In this document: positions 61,683 through 64,000 of the stretch, piece after piece | Position numbering within the stretch: position 1 is the stretch's first letter | How the letters are laid out: each line of letters begins with the position of its first letter | Assembly: GCA_034007295.1 (NCBI GenBank) | Contig: JAVERC010000014.1 | Location: 2,732 to 66,731 of the forward strand | Origin: Desulforegulaceae bacterium | GTDB taxonomy: Bacteria; Desulfobacterota; Desulfobacteria; Desulfobacterales; JACKCP01 | DNA length: 64,000 bases | Direction of reading: 5' to 3' | Notes under the pieces: model-generated | Told to the model about the DNA's origin: nothing | Databases searched by the model: none | What the model saw: only the letters and a program-made list of their open reading frames with translations | Position numbers and translations under genes: made by a program

Positions 61683-62813
61683 CTATTTTTTTTCATTTTT
61701 AACATGGTCCATCCATTCAACTGTCAAACCATTAAATGGAGTGGATATTGCAACATGGGACATGGGACTGTCTGGTGCAGCACCATGCCAGTGACGCACA
61801 TTTTCAGGAATCCAAACAACATCACCAGGCAGAATTTCCAGAACAGAATCACCTTCAGATTGAACCTGTCCACGTCCGGAAATGACAATTAAAGTCTGGC
61901 CCAAAGGATGGGTATGCCAGGCTGTACGGGCCCCAGCTTCAAAATTTACAATCCCGCCGCGATAACCGTCAGCTGTTTCAGATGAAAAACGGGATTCGAC
62001 TTCAACATTTCCTGTGAAATAATCTTTTGAGGCTTTTACCGGCATTTGTTTTTTTATGACTTTAACATATTTTGAATGGTTGCATCCCGGTTTTATTTCC
62101 AGTAGATCGTTCAGTGTTTTTCTGGCTCTTTCAGCACTTTCAGCACCAGCCTCCTGCCGGAGTACCTCAATAAAATCTTCAAGCTGTGGTTTGCTCATCC
62201 CCAGATTCATGGATATTCGAAGATGTGCTTTGAGCTGCGGATCTGTACCTGTCATCGCAGCCAGAATGCTTATAGTTGCAAGTTCCCGCTCCTGATGGTT
62301 AAGGACATCTCTGTAAAAAATATCTGAAAAAAGATGCTCAACCAAAAACTGATCTATGACTGGTGTGAAAACCGGATAACCGCTGGTGCGTTTCGATATA
62401 TCCCTGCCCACAAGCGAATTTCGAACTTTATGGCCATAGGCTGTCCTGTCAAAGTCTGAGGGCATGGGAGTTGCCTTTTTACCGGCTCTGTCATTTATCC
62501 CCTGATTTTTACGCTTATCCAAAACTGTCATGTAAGTATTTATACCATTCAGGGCGCGTGGAAAACCTGCATAAGCATAGGTATGTATAAGAATTTCCTT
62601 AATTTCATTTACGGTTAGTCCTGCATCCATTCCTTTACTCAGTGCACTTTGAAGTTTCGACATGTTTCCATTGGCAGTCAGGGCGGCAATTGGAATTATA
62701 GCTTTTTGGCGGTCATTTAAGGTTTTATTTGTCTCAGCCATTACACTGGTGCCATTAATTATAAAAAATATTGCTATAAATAACAGCAGTAATGTTCTCC
62801 TGAAAATATCCAT
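61683..62813 (-). CDS. Secreted carboxymuconolactone-decarboxylase-family (AhpD-like) / cupin fusion protein
   Basis: Signal peptide, two CMD-like segments (HTYAYAGFPRALN; AAMTGTDPQLKAHL), C-terminal cupin (WHTHPLGQTLIVISGRG ... RHWHGA). Confidence 0.8.
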   Translation of the reverse strand: MDIFRRTLLLLFIAIFFIINGTSVMAETNKTLNDRQKAIIPIAALTANGNMSKLQSALSKGMDAGLTVNEIKEILIHTYAYAGFPRALNGINTYMTVLDKRKNQGINDRAGKKATPMPSDFDRTAYGHKVRNSLVGRDISKRTSGYPVFTPVIDQFLVEHLFSDIFYRDVLNHQERELATISILAAMTGTDPQLKAHLRISMNLGMSKPQLEDFIEVLRQEAGAESAERARKTLNDLLEIKPGCNHSKYVKVIKKQMPVKASKDYFTGNVEVESRFSSETADGYRGGIVNFEAGARTAWHTHPLGQTLIVISGRGQVQSEGDSVLEILPGDVVWIPENVRHWHGAAPDSPMSHVAISTPFNGLTVEWMDHVKNEKK

Positions 62814-62903
62814 GGTATTTTCCTTTCTTGTGTCATTTAATTCAGATTTTTTTTAAAAAACCTTACAGCATGATTCTGTCAGTCTTTTCCATTGGTAATG
62901 TGA

Positions 62904-64000
62904 CTAATCCAAACCTTTTTGAGTGAACCAGTCAGACATCAGGTCTGCTATCTGTTTGTTGTTAAGATCCGACATCGGGAAATGTGTGTTGCCGTAAACA
63001 CCAATCTCCCGCAGATGCACGATTGTAACATCGCCGCCGTGACGGTTTACAGCTTCTGCCCATTTTTTTGCCGTTTCCAGATAGACGCGCCACTGATCCT
63101 GACCGGGATTTATACTCGGTTCTTCTGCAATGTTATCACCGAAATAAATGACGATGGGAATTTTTGTCAGTTTTTTAAAATCGGCATCGGATACAGTCGA
63201 TATCGGGAATGTCCTGCCATTGTAAAATGAAACTGGTTCGGGACGTTTTTCACTCTCGGGAAATGGATAATCCATGCCTGGTTCAAAAGATACCACAGCC
63301 TTTATATTGGAATTTTTGATAGCTGTGTGCCAGCCAGGGGAACCGCTGGCTGAATGAGTCACTAGAATTCCAGAGCCGATCCTGTTAAAAAGGGCTGATA
63401 CGGCCTCGGTATTCACGTCTCTGTCAAATGAGTCCGGGCTTGGGACTGCCTGACGAAAGAACTGATTTAAAGACTCTTTATCCCGGGGAAAAGCAACATT
63501 ATTATAATAATCCGGCCAGACACCAATCCGGAAAATGCCAAACCAAAGTTGTTCATCAGGTGCTGCTGGAACAGAAATGTCTACAGTGCTCTTACCTGCT
63601 TTACCGCGACGCGGCTGGTCTATAAGGTAGACTGGATAACCTCTCCTTAGAAAAATATTCTGAAATCCATCGCGGCCGTCAGGAGTGGATTCCCAGGTTT
63701 TGGAGGATTGTCCGTATCCATGCCAGAATACCAGTGGAAGTTTTCCTGCATTTTCCGGAATCTGAAAAAAAACATAGGCATGATCACCATGGAGGGTCTG
63801 TCCTGCGGAATCCGGCCCGGCAGGATTGTATGCACCCTGCTTGACCGGATCAAAGGTTCCCGGGGCTGTAACAATTTTTCCGCCTACGGCAAAACTCCCT
63901 TGTTTTTTAATGATTATAGGAGAGGTCTTTCCGCTGTAGTTAGTTTTTGTTGTTACGCAGGCGTTAAAGCTCAGACTGACAAAAACCAGTATAAAAAAAA
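62904..64000 (-). CDS. Secreted/lipoprotein alpha/beta hydrolase (5' end just outside window)
   Basis: The frame of track ORF 62904-63416 stays open to nt 64000, with no in-frame ATG/GTG/TTG in between. Upstream translation: FFILVFVSLSFNAC ... LVFWHGYGQSSKTW ... YPVYLIDQPRRGKAG ... LVTHSASGSPGW. Confidence 0.75.
   Translation of the reverse strand, partial: FFILVFVSLSFNACVTTKTNYSGKTSPIIIKKQGSFAVGGKIVTAPGTFDPVKQGAYNPAGPDSAGQTLHGDHAYVFFQIPENAGKLPLVFWHGYGQSSKTWESTPDGRDGFQNIFLRRGYPVYLIDQPRRGKAGKSTVDISVPAAPDEQLWFGIFRIGVWPDYYNNVAFPRDKESLNQFFRQAVPSPDSFDRDVNTEAVSALFNRIGSGILVTHSASGSPGWHTAIKNSNIKAVVSFEPGMDYPFPESEKRPEPVSFYNGRTFPISTVSDADFKKLTKIPIVIYFGDNIAEEPSINPGQDQWRVYLETAKKWAEAVNRHGGDVTIVHLREIGVYGNTHFPMSDLNNKQIADLMSDWFTQKGLD

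Noticed and set aside
63647-63874. 75-aa minus-strand ORF at the right end
   Set aside because: It is out of frame with, and fully contained in, the continuous alpha/beta hydrolase reading frame 62904-64000.

Overview
AT-rich, densely coding chromosomal segment that looks like a sulfate-reducing Desulfobacterota (Desulfobacterales-like) genome. All calls were made by eye from the sequence and the ORF track. Hairpin and repeat coordinates were hand-counted and may be off by a few nt. Gene order: ftsE(partial)-ftsX-envC-like-ctp; a dCache chemoreceptor; two small hypotheticals; an acyl-CoA synthetase; tkt; a radical SAM gene; a complete nitrogen-control block glnE / glnD-PII-amtB-glnA behind a textbook sigma-54 promoter; a CheY-like receiver; a CaCA antiporter; an MscK-like channel; SulP; DUF1015-like and DapA-like genes; a TPR gene; dsrA-dsrB-dsrD-dsrN; a peroxiredoxin interrupted by an in-frame TGA (selenocysteine) with a SECIS-like hairpin; tatA-tatC; a TIM-barrel gene; a hybrid histidine kinase; a YcaO plus small membrane protein operon; dsrT-like-dsrMKJOP; a minus-strand cluster of an MBL hydrolase, NifX-like proteins, two ferredoxin-containing P-loop ATPases and DUF134; an HD plus Cys-rich gene pair; minCDE; alr; and a visibly more GC-rich right end (Fe-ADH, aldo/keto reductase, CMD-cupin, secreted alpha/beta hydrolase running off the window). 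No rRNA, tRNA, CRISPR array, transposase or integrase was recognised. Most notable non-genic signal: a family of ~150-bp MITE-like intergenic elements with imperfect terminal inverted repeats at 8 or more loci. It includes a tandem dimer whose two internal sub-repeats have changed in concert. Other leads are the Sec-peroxiredoxin, the uncharacterised YcaO/DUF4405-like pair next to dsrMKJOP, and the DUF134/NifX/MinD-ferredoxin cluster with a Gly/Arg/Met-repeat tail.
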